Origin: Verrucomicrobiota bacterium
GTDB taxonomy: Bacteria > Verrucomicrobiota > Verrucomicrobiia > Opitutales > Coraliomargaritaceae
Assembly (NCBI GenBank): GCA_039815375.1
Contig: JBCBZJ010000001.1
Coordinates: forward strand, 256,001-320,000
Direction: 5' to 3'
DNA: 64,000 nucleotides
Of this stretch, positions 31,353 through 41,570 are shown one piece after another (positions within the stretch are counted from its first letter, which is position 1; the number at the start of each line of letters is the position of its first letter). The notes under the pieces were generated by a model that worked only from the letters and a program-made list of their open reading frames with translations, ran no database searches and had not been told where the DNA came from. A program made the position numbers and the translations under genes.

Positions 31353-31430
31353 ATGGTAGGGATGGCTGCCCTCAGCCGTCCGCGATTCTTGCATGACGAT
31401 TGGACGCTTGAGGGCAAGCGTCCCTACCAT
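31353..31430. repeat. GTAG-type REP doublet (REPIN-like)
   Basis: Terminal inverted repeat ATGGTAGGGA...TCCCTACCAT; each arm is itself a hairpin with the same loop (GGATGGCT-GCCCTC-AGCCGTCC; on the minus strand GGACGCTT-GCCCTC-AAGCGTCC). Confidence 0.8.
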
Positions 31431-31635
31431 CTATATCTCAATGTGCGAATCAGATTCTTCGTGATGGACCGTGTGGGTGTCTGGCATGCTCTTTTCGTGC
31501 GGGTATATTTAATTTGAAGAACAGGTGGAGCGGCACCGCCCTCGGAGCGCCTCTGCGTCGTCTATTAGTTGTTGAGCGTTTGTGGAGTGCGAGTGTGCGC
31601 CTGCGTTATCTTTTACACTATACGACTAAGCAGAC

Positions 31636-34600
31636 TCAATAACCCTTGTTCGGCGCCAGCCATTTCTCGGTTTTCTCAAGGTCGAAGCCTTTGCGTTGGC
31701 CGTAGTCTTCGAATTGGTCTTTGTCCATCGGGCCGACTTGGAAGTAGCGGGCTTCGGGGTGGCCGAAATAGAGGCCGCTCACGGCAGAGCCGGGATTCAT
31801 GGCGTAGCTGCTGGTGAGAGTGGCACCGGTGTTGGCTTCTGCGTCGAGCAGTTCCCAAAGGAGTTCCTTTTCGGTATGGTCGGGTTGGCTGGGATATCCG
31901 GCAGCGGGGCGGATGCCGCGATACTTTTCTTTGATGAGCTCCGTGTTTTCAAAGCTCTCGTCGGGCGCGTAGCCCCATAGCCCTTTGCGCACGCGCTCGT
32001 GGGTGTATTCAGCCAGCGCTTCGGCGAAGCGGTCGCCGAGTGCCTTGATCAAAATTGAAGTGTAGTCGTCGTGCTGGTCCTCGTAGGACTTGGCCAGTGT
32101 ATCCACTCCTTCGATACAGCAAACGAATCCTCCGCAGGCGTCGGTCTTGCCTGATTCTTTTGGGGCAACGAAGTCGGATAGGGCGTAGTAGGTGTCGCTG
32201 GCCTCTTTTTTCTTTTGTTGGCGCAGGGTGTGGAGCTTTCCGATCGTCGCACCATCGTTGCCGTAGATCTCGATATCGTCGCCATCGGAATTTGCAGGAA
32301 AGAGTCCGACGACGCTGCGTGCGCGAAAGAGCTTATTGTTGATGATGTCCTGAAGGAGTCTTAGCGCCTCGTCGTAGAGTTTGGTTGCTTCGTCACCATA
32401 TTTCTTATGCTCAAGAATTTTGGGGAAGACGCCTTTCAGCTCCCAGGTCCAGAAGAAGGGAGACCAATCGATATATTCGGAGAGCGCCTTGAGGTCGATG
32501 TGGTCTTCAACCGTAAGTCCGGATCGCTTCGGCGCGATCAGCTTGGCATTTGCCCAGTCGGGGGCGAAGCGTTTTTCGCGTGCTTCGGTGAGAGAGAGCA
32601 GGTCGGTGTCTTTTGCGTTGGCTGCGAAGCGTTGGCGTTGCTTTTCCTGATCGGTAGCAACTTCTGCAATGTAGGCTTTCCGGCGACTTTCATCTTCAGT
32701 GAGCAGGTTATTGCAGACTTCGGTCACCAGTGAGGCGTCACCCACGCGGATGACAGGCTGGTCGTAGTGCGGGGCGATCTTGATTGCGGTGTGTGCCTTG
32801 CTGGTAGTTGCGCCGCCGATGAGAAGTGGCTGCTTGAAGCCGCGCTTCGTCATTTCGGTGGCGTTGAAAATCATCTCGTCGAGCGAAGGCGTGATGAGGC
32901 CAGAGAGGCCGATGATATCGGCGCCCCATTCCTGGGCTTCCTTGAGGATGGTTTCGCAGTCGACCATCACACCGAGGTCTTTGACTTCGTAATTATTACA
33001 GGCAAGGACAACGGAGACGATGTTTTTACCGATGTCGTGGACGTCGCCCTTTACGGTTGCGATGAGGAATTTGCCGGCGGACGAGCTGGTCGCGGAGTCT
33101 TTTTCCTCCTCCATGTAGGGCAGGAGGTAGGCGACAGCCTTTTTCATCACTCGCGCGCTTTTCACGACTTGTGGGAGAAACATCTCCCCTTTGCCGAAGA
33201 GATCGCCGACAACTTTCATGCCGTCCATCAGCGGACCTTCGATGACTTCGAGTGGTCTGTTGTATTGCTGGCGCGCTTCCTCGGTGTCGCTGTCAACGTG
33301 TGTGACGATGCCTTTGACGAGCGCGTGGGACAGGCGTTCTTCAACGGTGCCACTGCGCCAGTCTTCCGCTACATCAGCTGTTTTTTTTTCAGCCGCTGCA
33401 GGGACTGCGTCGGTGCCTGAGGTCAGGAACTTTTCGAGGATTTCCGGATTCTTCTCGGCTGTGGCTCGTTCGAAGAGGGCACGGAGTGTTTCCATGCCTT
33501 TCACCATCGCCGCGCTGATGCGCTCTTCTGGAGTGCCTGCGCCGAGCGTGACCGTGCCATTCTTAATGGCTTCAGCGTATTCGATGAGCTTTTCGGTGGC
33601 GTCATCCTTTCGGTTAAGAATCACATCTTCGACCAACTCTTTGAGTGTCGGGTCCATCTCATTGTAGTCCATGAGCAGGCCCGGGTTGACGATGGCCATG
33701 TCGAGGCCCGCTTCGATTCCGTGATGGAGGAAAGCAGCGTGCATGGCTTCGCGGACGGGGTTGTTGCCCCGGAAGGAGAATGACACGTTGGAGAGGCCGC
33801 CGCTGGTGCGGGCACCAGGACACTTTTTCTTCACTTCGCGGACGGCTTCGATGAAGTCGACGGCGTAGTTGTTATGCTCCTCCATGCCGGTCGCAACGGT
33901 CAGGATATTGAGGTCGAAAATGATGTCCTGCGGATCGAGCCCGACTTCTTCGGTCAAGATTTTGAAGGAGCGCTCGGCGATGGCGACTTTGTCGGCTTGA
34001 TTGTCGGCCTGGCCGGTTTCGTCGAAGGCCATGACAATGACCGATGCGCCATAGCGCAGAATCTTTTTGGCATGTTCCTTGAACTCTTCTTCTCCTCCCT
34101 TGAGGCTGATCGAGTTGACGATACATTTCCCCTGCACGCATTTCAGGCCGGCTTCGATGACTGACCATTTTGAGCTGTCGATCATGATCGGCACCTTGCA
34201 GATGTCCGGCTCGGAAGCGACGAGGTTGAGGAAGCGGGTCATGCAGGCTTCGCCATCGAGCATGCCTTCATCGAAATTGATGTCGATGACTTGGGCACCT
34301 TTGTCGACCTGTGATTGGGCAATTGCGAGCGCCGCAGTGAAATCGTCGGCCTTGATCAGCTTCTTGAAGCGCGGCGAGCCGGTTACGTTCGTGCGTTCGC
34401 CGACGTTAATGAAGCCCGTTTCACCTTCGACGATGTTGAGTGCTTCGAGGCCGCTGAGGCGTTGGGCCGGTTTGGGCTGAGGGACGATGCGTGGAGGAAA
34501 CTTGCTGACCTCTTCTTTGACCTTGGCGATATGCTCGGGTGTGGTGCCGCAGCAGCCGCCGACGAGGTTGACGAGCCCGTCTCGAGCGAAACTTCCGACA

Positions 34601-35511
34601 GCATTGCCGGTGTGCACGGGTGTTTCATCGTAACCCGTTGCGGCAAGCGGGTTGGGAAGCCCGGCGTTTGGATAGACATGCACGTAGATGTCTGCAACGC
34701 GCGAGAGCTCCTTCAGGAAGGGCCTCATCAGATCGGCACCGAGTGCGCAGTTCAAGCCAACACAAAGTGGCTTGGCGTGGCGGATTGAGTTCCAGCAGGC
34801 TTCAACGGTTTGTCCGGAAAGGGTGCGGCCGGATTGGTCGGTAATGGTGACCGAGACAATAACCGGAATGCGTTCCTCAAGCTTGTCCTGAAAGTCCTCG
34901 ATGGCGTGGAGGCAGGCCTTAAGATTGAGCGTATCGAATACGGTTTCAGGAAGGAGCAAGTCGACACCACCTTCGACCAGTGCTTCGACCTGTTCATAGT
35001 AGGCCTTGTAGAGCTCATCGTAGCTGGTGGCGCGATACTCTGGTCGATTGACATCCGGAGAAAGTGAAGCAGTACGATTGGTCGGGCCGATCGCACCGGC
35101 GACAAAAGTCGGCCGATTTTCTTTTTCAGCGACTTCGTCAGCCACCTTGCGGGCGAGCTTGGCCGACTCGATATTGATGTCCCGCACACGGTGTTCGAGG
35201 CTGTAGTCGGCTTGGGCGATAGTTGTGCCGGAAAATGTGTTGGTTTCGATTATGTCTGAGCCCGCTTCGAGGAAAGCGCGGTGGATATCAGCAATTATTT
35301 CCGGGCGGGTGATGCTCAGAAGGTCGTTGTTGCCCTTCAGGTCACCCTCAACCTCAGCAAAACTTTCATCACGGAAATCGGCTTCCTCCAACTTGTGTTG
35401 CTGGATCATCGTTCCCATTGCACCATCAAGATAGACAATGCGTTGCCCAAACAATTCTGCAAGGAGTTGTCCTTTAGCGGTTAAGGGCTTTTGTTGGGAG
35501 ATTTTGACCAT
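31636..35511 (-). CDS. metH: Cobalamin-dependent methionine synthase
   Basis: [60 protein letters not shown]. Start taken at ATG 35511. Confidence 0.97.
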   Translation of the reverse strand: MVKISQQKPLTAKGQLLAELFGQRIVYLDGAMGTMIQQHKLEEADFRDESFAEVEGDLKGNNDLLSITRPEIIADIHRAFLEAGSDIIETNTFSGTTIAQADYSLEHRVRDINIESAKLARKVADEVAEKENRPTFVAGAIGPTNRTASLSPDVNRPEYRATSYDELYKAYYEQVEALVEGGVDLLLPETVFDTLNLKACLHAIEDFQDKLEERIPVIVSVTITDQSGRTLSGQTVEACWNSIRHAKPLCVGLNCALGADLMRPFLKELSRVADIYVHVYPNAGLPNPLAATGYDETPVHTGNAVGSFARDGLVNLVGGCCGTTPEHIAKVKEEVSKFPPRIVPQPKPAQRLSGLEALNIVEGETGFINVGERTNVTGSPRFKKLIKADDFTAALAIAQSQVDKGAQVIDINFDEGMLDGEACMTRFLNLVASEPDICKVPIMIDSSKWSVIEAGLKCVQGKCIVNSISLKGGEEEFKEHAKKILRYGASVIVMAFDETGQADNQADKVAIAERSFKILTEEVGLDPQDIIFDLNILTVATGMEEHNNYAVDFIEAVREVKKKCPGARTSGGLSNVSFSFRGNNPVREAMHAAFLHHGIEAGLDMAIVNPGLLMDYNEMDPTLKELVEDVILNRKDDATEKLIEYAEAIKNGTVTLGAGTPEERISAAMVKGMETLRALFERATAEKNPEILEKFLTSGTDAVPAAAEKKTADVAEDWRSGTVEERLSHALVKGIVTHVDSDTEEARQQYNRPLEVIEGPLMDGMKVVGDLFGKGEMFLPQVVKSARVMKKAVAYLLPYMEEEKDSATSSSAGKFLIATVKGDVHDIGKNIVSVVLACNNYEVKDLGVMVDCETILKEAQEWGADIIGLSGLITPSLDEMIFNATEMTKRGFKQPLLIGGATTSKAHTAIKIAPHYDQPVIRVGDASLVTEVCNNLLTEDESRRKAYIAEVATDQEKQRQRFAANAKDTDLLSLTEAREKRFAPDWANAKLIAPKRSGLTVEDHIDLKALSEYIDWSPFFWTWELKGVFPKILEHKKYGDEATKLYDEALRLLQDIINNKLFRARSVVGLFPANSDGDDIEIYGNDGATIGKLHTLRQQKKKEASDTYYALSDFVAPKESGKTDACGGFVCCIEGVDTLAKSYEDQHDDYTSILIKALGDRFAEALAEYTHERVRKGLWGYAPDESFENTELIKEKYRGIRPAAGYPSQPDHTEKELLWELLDAEANTGATLTSSYAMNPGSAVSGLYFGHPEARYFQVGPMDKDQFEDYGQRKGFDLEKTEKWLAPNKGY

Positions 35512-35610
35512 AAACGTATCAAAATATTCGGATATTTTGATATGATCAAGTATCGAATCATTCAAAATAGGTGTCGCGGTGGAGTATGAATCAGACGATA
35601 TCACTCTAAA

Positions 35611-36258
35611 ATGCAATCACTTGAAGAACGATTTCCATCTGTATCGGACGAGGCTTGGTCGCAGCTCGCGAAGTGGGCGGATCTGATCCGCGAGTGGAAC
35701 GACAAGATCAACCTGATCTCGCGGAAGGATATCGAATATCTGGAGGAGCGTCATTTGGCTCACTGTTTGGCGATTACGAATCACTTGAAGCTCATGAATG
35801 GTACCCGGGTGATGGACGTGGGCACAGGCGGAGGATTCCCCGGCTTGATCATGGCAATCTGCTACCCGCAGGCCCATTTCACGCTTATTGATTCAATCGG
35901 AAAGAAAATCGGCGTGGTTCAGGACATTGCCCAGAAGTTGAAATTGAAAAACGTCGATGCGCGCCAGTGCCGGGCCGAGTCGGTTAACAAACAGTTTGAT
36001 TTCATTACTGGCCGGGCCGTGAAGAATCTGCCCGAGTATTTCAGCTGGATTAAGGGCAACTTGCGGCGTGGGCAGCGGAACTCGATTCCGAACGGCGTGC
36101 TTTATTGGAAAGGCGGCGAGCTCGAGCCTGAATTCGATTCGATTGGTATTCGTCCAAGACTGACGATCAACCTGCAGGCCGAACTGGCCGACGATTATTT
36201 CGAACAGAAATACCTCCTGCATTTTGATGCAAGAGACGTGCCGAGGATACGTTACTAA
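35611..36258 (+). CDS. rsmG: 16S rRNA (guanine-527-N7)-methyltransferase
   Basis: [36 protein letters not shown]. Confidence 0.95.
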   Translation: MQSLEERFPSVSDEAWSQLAKWADLIREWNDKINLISRKDIEYLEERHLAHCLAITNHLKLMNGTRVMDVGTGGGFPGLIMAICYPQAHFTLIDSIGKKIGVVQDIAQKLKLKNVDARQCRAESVNKQFDFITGRAVKNLPEYFSWIKGNLRRGQRNSIPNGVLYWKGGELEPEFDSIGIRPRLTINLQAELADDYFEQKYLLHFDARDVPRIRY

Positions 36259-36277
36259 GACGAGTAGATAGAATGAC

Positions 36278-36859
36278 CTATTTCTGGCTCTTTAGAAAGT
36301 CCCGAGACTCTTGCTTCAATTTTTTGATCTTCGTCTCGTTCTTCTTCAGGTCCCGCTTATTCATGATATCGATGAAGAGCTCTCCGTTGAGGTGATCCAC
36401 TTCGTGTAGGATGCAGCGACCGAGCAGGCCATCGGCCTCAATAATGTGGGGATTGCCCCGAACATCCTGGAACTCGCAACGAACGCCCATAGGACGATCC
36501 ACTTTGCCATTCACTTCAGGAAACGAGAGGCAGCCTTCCTCATATACGTACTCGCGGTTGTCGATGATAATGATCTTTGGGTTACAGATCGTTATGGGCA
36601 TAAAGAGGTCGAGCGGCGGCTGTTTGCCATCGTAGCTGTAGTTGAAGGGCACTTCCGCACCTTCAGGCGGGCGCACATCAACGATACAGATTTGAAGAGC
36701 CTTGCCAACTTGCTGTGCTGCAATGCCGATGCCTTCCTCGGCATACATGGTCTCGACCATGTCTTCAGCGAGCTGGGCCAGCTCTTTGTTAAACTCGGTT
36801 ACGGGTGCGCCTTGTTCCCGAAGGATAGGCTCACCGTATTTGGTTACTCTTAAGCGCAT
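36278..36859 (-). CDS. def: Peptide deformylase
   Basis: GIGIAAQQVG, EGCLSFP, HEVDHLNG. Confidence 0.96.
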   Translation of the reverse strand: MRLRVTKYGEPILREQGAPVTEFNKELAQLAEDMVETMYAEEGIGIAAQQVGKALQICIVDVRPPEGAEVPFNYSYDGKQPPLDLFMPITICNPKIIIIDNREYVYEEGCLSFPEVNGKVDRPMGVRCEFQDVRGNPHIIEADGLLGRCILHEVDHLNGELFIDIMNKRDLKKNETKIKKLKQESRDFLKSQK

Positions 36860-36903
36860 TGTCGTCAGAATGGTTTGAATCTCTCATCTGTAAAGTATGC
36901 TTC

Positions 36904-36936
36904 AAAAAAGAAAAGCCCGCGGTGAGCGCGGGCTTT
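36904..36936 (-). terminator. Intrinsic terminator of the pdh operon
   Basis: AAAGCCCGCG-GTGAG-CGCGGGCTTT stem followed by a T-rich tract on the minus strand. Confidence 0.85.
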
Positions 36937-36970
36937 GATAAAAGAGGTGATTTCGATAGAGATTTTGATT

Positions 36971-38278
36971 TTAGACCAGCATTAGGGCAGGGGTCTCGAT
37001 GATTTCCTTGAGGGCCTGCAGGTATTGGGCGCCGACGGCACCATCGATCGTGCGGTGGTCGCCGGAAAGTCCGATCTTCATGGTCTGGCCGATCACGATC
37101 TCGTCCTTCTCGTTGACGACCGGTTTCTTGATAGTCGCGCCAATACTTAGAATCGCTGCATTGTTCGGATTGATGATGCCGTAAAAGTCGGAAATACCGA
37201 ACATGCCGAGGTTGGTCACGGTTAGGGTGGAGCCACTCATTTCATCAGGTGCGAGCTTTTTGTCGCGGGCCTTTTTGATTAGAACCTTGGCTTCTGCTCC
37301 GATTTCACGAAGGCCCTTGGTCTCTGCTGCGCGAATGACTGGTGTGACGAGGCCGTCGTCGATCGCGACGCCGAATGCGAGGTGCACATTGGCGTGTTGC
37401 TTGATCGTGTCGCCTTCCCAGGAGCGGTTGATGGCAGGGACGCGGCGAACGGCCTCGGCAGCGGCCTTTAGAGTCAGGTCATTGACGGTAAACTTGGTGC
37501 CGCCGTGTTCCTTGGGAAGCTCTGCGAGTTTGGTGTTCAGCTCCTTGCGAAGTGCAGCAAGTGGTGCACCGTCGACTTCAATCTGGAGATAAAAATGTGG
37601 TGCCTGAGTCTTGGAAGCGACAAGCGCCTTGGCGATGCTCTTACGCATATTGCTGACCGGCATCTCGAGCGCTTCGAGTGTGGCCGCAGGCGGTGCTGCA
37701 GGAGCAGGTGTTGTTGTGCTCGGTGTAGCTGAAGTTGTAGAAGCGGAAGCGGTTGGATTTGCGTTGAGCACATCTTCCTTGAGGATGCGCCCGCCGGGGC
37801 CGGAGCCTTGAAGAGTGGAAAGTTCGATGCCCTTTTCGGCGGCAATCTTGCGTGCGACCGGAGATGCCTTGATACGGTCGCCGGAGGTGGCAGCCGGTTC
37901 AGGGCTCGCAAGGGCGGCTGCCGGAGTTACGACTGTAGTAGGAGCAGGCTCTTCTTTCTTCTCTTCAGGTGCTGGCGCAGCACTTTCGGCTGGCTCGGAG
38001 CTGGTAGCTGGCGCGTTGCCGGCATCCGGGGCCTCTTCCCCGGCTTCACCGATGGCTGCGATTGCACCACCGACTTCTACTTCGGCCCCTTCAGCGCAGT
38101 ATTGCTTGAGAAGAATACCGTCGTCGAAACACTCGACTTCCATGGTCGCCTTGTCGGTTTCGACCTCGGCGATCATGTCGCCACTGGAAACGGGGTCGCT
38201 TTCGTTTTTTAGCCATTTTACCAGCGTGCCCACCGTCATGGTGTCACTGAGTTTGGGCATGTCGATGAGTGTAGCCAT
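36971..38278 (-). CDS. pdhC: Pyruvate dehydrogenase E2 dihydrolipoamide acetyltransferase
   Basis: Lipoyl EVETDKAT, E3-binding IKASPVARKIA..GSGPGGRI, catalytic DHRTIDGA. Confidence 0.95.
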   Translation of the reverse strand: MATLIDMPKLSDTMTVGTLVKWLKNESDPVSSGDMIAEVETDKATMEVECFDDGILLKQYCAEGAEVEVGGAIAAIGEAGEEAPDAGNAPATSSEPAESAAPAPEEKKEEPAPTTVVTPAAALASPEPAATSGDRIKASPVARKIAAEKGIELSTLQGSGPGGRILKEDVLNANPTASASTTSATPSTTTPAPAAPPAATLEALEMPVSNMRKSIAKALVASKTQAPHFYLQIEVDGAPLAALRKELNTKLAELPKEHGGTKFTVNDLTLKAAAEAVRRVPAINRSWEGDTIKQHANVHLAFGVAIDDGLVTPVIRAAETKGLREIGAEAKVLIKKARDKKLAPDEMSGSTLTVTNLGMFGISDFYGIINPNNAAILSIGATIKKPVVNEKDEIVIGQTMKIGLSGDHRTIDGAVGAQYLQALKEIIETPALMLV

Positions 38279-38313
38279 ATCGTTCGTTTGATGAAGTTGA
38301 GAATAAAATTAGA

Positions 38314-39291
38314 CTATCCGATACATTTGAGAACAGCCTCGATAATGCGTTCTTCGTTCGGGATTTGCCAGTTTTCAAGATCCTTTGCGTAGATTTGCGG
38401 TGCGTCGATCGCCGAGACGCGGTGGATAGGCGCGTCGAGGTAGTCGAATGCCTTGTATTGAATGAGGTGGGAGATTTGTGCGTCTACGCCGCAGTAGGGT
38501 TTATTCTCTTCAACCAGAACCGCGCGGTTGGTCTTCTTAACCGAGTTGAGAATAGTCTCTTCGTCGAGTGGACGAATCGAGCGGAGATCCACGACTTCCA
38601 CACTGATATCGTGTGATTCTTCGAGCATCTTTGCCGCGCTGAGTGAGATCATCGCACAGCGGCCGTGTGAAACGATGGTCAGGTCGGTGCCTTCCTTGAG
38701 GATGTTAGCGACGCCAAGTTCGATGGTGTATTCCTCTTCAGGAACTTCCCACTTCTCGCCGTAGAGGAGGGTGTTTTCCATGACAAAGACGGGGTCGTTG
38801 TCACGAATAGCGGTTTTCATCAGCCCTTTGGCATCGTAGGCATTGGATGGGCAGACGACTTTCAGTCCCGGGTGGTTAGCCACCATGTTTTCCGGTGTGT
38901 GGGAGTGGGTCGCACCGACGTTCGTGCCGCCGTTGGCCGGGCCGCGGACGACAATCGGAATGTTCATTAGGCCGCCGGACATGTAGCGGCAGAAGGAAGC
39001 GTTATTGAAAAGCTGGTCGATGGCCACGTAGCTGAAGGACATGAACATCATCTCGATGACGGGGCGGATGCCAAGAGCCGAAGCGCCGATAGCAAGACCG
39101 GAGAAGGCAGCTTCGGAAATCGGCGTGTCGATCAGGCGCTTGTCGCCGTGTTTTTCCCAAAGTCCTTCAGTGACTTTGTAAGCACCATTATACTGGGCAA
39201 CTTCTTCGCCCATGATGCAGACATTTTCATCGCGCTGAATTTCTTCGTCGAGCGCTTGCTTGATGGCTTCGCGGTAGGTGATGAGAGGCAT
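38314..39291 (-). CDS. pdhB: Pyruvate dehydrogenase E1 beta
   Basis: MGEEVAQYNGAYKVT, DTPISE, VGATHS, DLRSIRPLD. Confidence 0.95.
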   Translation of the reverse strand: MPLITYREAIKQALDEEIQRDENVCIMGEEVAQYNGAYKVTEGLWEKHGDKRLIDTPISEAAFSGLAIGASALGIRPVIEMMFMSFSYVAIDQLFNNASFCRYMSGGLMNIPIVVRGPANGGTNVGATHSHTPENMVANHPGLKVVCPSNAYDAKGLMKTAIRDNDPVFVMENTLLYGEKWEVPEEEYTIELGVANILKEGTDLTIVSHGRCAMISLSAAKMLEESHDISVEVVDLRSIRPLDEETILNSVKKTNRAVLVEENKPYCGVDAQISHLIQYKAFDYLDAPIHRVSAIDAPQIYAKDLENWQIPNEERIIEAVLKCIG

Positions 39292-39299
39292 GATCTTTT

Positions 39300-39348
39300 C
39301 AGAGGCCAGAGAGCAGAAGTCAGATGACAGAAGCTAGAGGCCGGAGTT
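39300..39348 (+). repeat. Tandem 7-nt repeat array (CAGANNN x7), left flank of the four-helix-bundle gene
   Basis: CAGAGGC CAGAGAG CAGAAGT CAGATGA CAGAAGC TAGAGGC CGGAGTT. Confidence 0.85.
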
Positions 39349-39366
39349 GATTGTTTAATGTCGTAG

Positions 39367-39741
39367 TTATTTTATTAAGAATGACTCAGGCCTTTGAATC
39401 ATCTTGCCGATCATCTTGCCGATTTCGGCATTAAGGAAAGACAGTTCGTTGTGTTCGTCTTCAGAAATGTAACTGCAGTCTTTTGCAAAATCCAAGGATG
39501 TGTCTGTTTCGTTTGATTCGCCATCGCAGTCGCTTAGCTTACTTATGAAATGTGCCTCGTAGCGTCGTTTGGCCCAAGCCTCTCGAAGGTTCATCGGCAC
39601 AGAACGAGAAGATCTTCGAATTTGGCCGGTCAGCGCAAAAATCTCTTCTTTGGGAAAGTTCTTGCTGATCTCAAAAATCTGCATCGCGAGGGCGTAGCTT
39701 TTTTGATATACTATTAATTCCTTTGCCGTTTTGATAATCAT
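39367..39741 (-). CDS. Four-helix-bundle protein (23S rRNA IVP / bAvd-like family)
   Basis: LIVYQKS, FPKEEIFALTGQIRRSSRSVPMNLREAW, FISKLSDCDGESNET, 124 aa. Confidence 0.92.
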   Translation of the reverse strand: MIIKTAKELIVYQKSYALAMQIFEISKNFPKEEIFALTGQIRRSSRSVPMNLREAWAKRRYEAHFISKLSDCDGESNETDTSLDFAKDCSYISEDEHNELSFLNAEIGKMIGKMIQRPESFLIK

Positions 39742-39762
39742 GCCTGTTTTGCGTTTTGATTA

Positions 39763-39797
39763 CTGGCTTCTGCCCTCTGAATTCTGTCTTCTGCAAC
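39763..39797 (-). repeat. Tandem 7-nt repeat array, right flank, inverted relative to the left array
   Basis: Plus strand CTGGCTT CTGCCCT CTGAATT CTGTCTT CTGCAAC; minus strand reads CAGAAGA CAGAATT CAGAGGG CAGAAGC CAG. Confidence 0.8.
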
Positions 39798-40898
39798 TTA
39801 GTCGTTAAAGAAGTAGGTGCCCTTGAGTTTACCCTCAGTGTCGTTGTCGACTTCCCAGTAAACGTCGGTCTGTATTTCGGAACGCGGTGCGACCGGACTT
39901 TCGTCGGCGAACTTGGCGGAGGCTTCGGCTTCGTTTTTCTTTTCCTGATCGATCTGCTTCACAAGATCCTCATTCAGGGTGCCGTCGGCGAGAAGCTGCT
40001 GCTTCAGCACATTGATCGGATCCTTGTTCTTCTTGTAGTCCTCGATCTCCTCCTTGGTCCGGTATTTCTCATGGTTCGCATCTGCGACGGAGTGACCCCG
40101 ATAACGGTAGGTGCGAATCTCCAGGAGGAAGGGTTTGTGCTCTTCACGGGCACGAGTCATGGCACGGTTGGCAACCTCACGCACCTCAAACACGTCATGG
40201 CCGTCGCAAACTTCCCAAGCCATGTCGAAACCGTCGGCACGGTGAGCGAGATTTTCCTCAGCAGAGGAACGAGCGAGGCTTGTGCCCATGGAGTAACCGT
40301 TGTTCTCGATCACAAAGACGACGGGAACGTCCCAAAGAGAAACAAGGTTGAGTGTCTCCATGAAAGCGCCCTGGTTCACGGCTCCGTCTCCGAGGAAGCA
40401 GACTGCGCAGCCTTTAAGGCCTTTATATTTGAGTGCGAAAGCGAGTCCTGCTCCAAGGGGTGTTTGACCAGCGACAATACCGTGGCCGCCCCAGTAATTC
40501 TTGTCCGGCGCAAAAAAATGCATCGAGCCGCCTTTGCCTTTCGAGCAACCTGTGTGCTTGCCAAACATTTCTGCCATACACTCGTTCATCGACATGCCGA
40601 CAGCGAGTGCGTGTCCGTGGTCGCGATATGCAGTAATGATGTGATCGTTCTCCTCCATCAGCGAAACGATGCCGGTCGCGACGGCCTCCTGGCCGATGTA
40701 GAGGTGCAGGAATCCTCCGATTTTTCCCTGATTGTAAGCTCTCAACGAGCGTTCTTCAAAGCGGCGTATGCCAACGATAGTGCGGTAGAGGTCTATTTTC
40801 TCCTCAGCGCTCAGCGTTGCGTTGATCGATGCCTCGGCGGCGTTCTTGGCTTTTTTCGCCGGCTTCTTAATAGCAGTCTTTTTCTTGGTAGTAGCCAT
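39798..40898 (-). CDS. pdhA: Pyruvate dehydrogenase E1 alpha
   Basis: GFLHLYIGQEA, YRDH, GKGGSMH, GDGAVNQG...ENN, TYRYRGHS. Start taken at ATG 40898. Confidence 0.96.
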   Translation of the reverse strand: MATTKKKTAIKKPAKKAKNAAEASINATLSAEEKIDLYRTIVGIRRFEERSLRAYNQGKIGGFLHLYIGQEAVATGIVSLMEENDHIITAYRDHGHALAVGMSMNECMAEMFGKHTGCSKGKGGSMHFFAPDKNYWGGHGIVAGQTPLGAGLAFALKYKGLKGCAVCFLGDGAVNQGAFMETLNLVSLWDVPVVFVIENNGYSMGTSLARSSAEENLAHRADGFDMAWEVCDGHDVFEVREVANRAMTRAREEHKPFLLEIRTYRYRGHSVADANHEKYRTKEEIEDYKKNKDPINVLKQQLLADGTLNEDLVKQIDQEKKNEAEASAKFADESPVAPRSEIQTDVYWEVDNDTEGKLKGTYFFND

Positions 40899-41018
40899 AG
40901 GCGTGTGATGGGTGAGCTGTAATAGAGTCACCGGCTGGAGGCCACTGCAAGCTAAAAGGCTACTTGTTTATGAAGTTAAATACGCGAAATAAAATTCGTG
41001 TATTTAAAATCGTTTGAT

Positions 41019-41567
41019 TTAACCCAGTCCGAGTAGATTCTTCCTTAAACTCTTTGAAATCGCTTGTTCTCCGAGCCATATCCTAAAATAGAGCTGAGCA
41101 AAATCCCTGCCCTCAATCGTCACGACAGGTTTATCATTGATCATAAGTGTTGTCCCGACACCCGGCTCATAGGTGAGCGAGGACCTGTCACCTTTGCGCA
41201 CTGTGGTGTAGGCTTCGTTGATCGTGTCTACTCGTGCTGCAATGGCGCTTTTCTCTTTAGGGCTAAGGTTCTTTTCCAACATGCGGTCGGCAGACTTCAG
41301 AATGATGGCCTTGTCGATTTTCCGGAGATAGCGAAACTGAAGGTGAAAGGCTGTTTCTGCGCGAAGAACTTCTTCTGCACTGGCCCCGGGCTCAGTGAAG
41401 AGCGCAGCTTCATAAAGTCTGAAGAACATCCTGTAGACATAGCGGTATTCGCCTAGTTTCTGGAAGTTTTGATCAAGTGCTTCGATTTGTTTCGGAAACA
41501 TGGCACCCGCAAGTGCAGAGCTGGTAGTAGTCACCAGAAGTAGAATTAGCGTGTAAAAAGCTCTCAT
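41019..41567 (-). CDS. Exported chalcone-isomerase-fold protein
   Basis: Signal peptide; FFRLYEAALF, VRKGD, FAQLYFRIWLGE, LRKNLLG. Confidence 0.85.
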   Translation of the reverse strand: MRAFYTLILLLVTTTSSALAGAMFPKQIEALDQNFQKLGEYRYVYRMFFRLYEAALFTEPGASAEEVLRAETAFHLQFRYLRKIDKAIILKSADRMLEKNLSPKEKSAIAARVDTINEAYTTVRKGDRSSLTYEPGVGTTLMINDKPVVTIEGRDFAQLYFRIWLGEQAISKSLRKNLLGLG

Positions 41568-41570
41568 GGT

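Noticed and set aside
35512..35616. Extended metH start overlapping rsmG, or a cobalamin/SAM riboswitch upstream of metH
   Set aside because: The gap is only about 100 nt of AT-rich divergent promoter DNA with no riboswitch consensus visible.
39300..39797. Possible CRISPR array or diversity-generating retroelement
   Set aside because: The repeats are 7 nt with no spacers; no cas gene, reverse transcriptase or TR/VR pair was seen in the window.
39756..40922. 388-aa ORF antisense to pdhA
   Set aside because: Shadow ORF produced by codon bias of a highly conserved gene; no recognisable motifs. The same applies to the many antisense ORFs over metH, acnB, valS and the giant genes.
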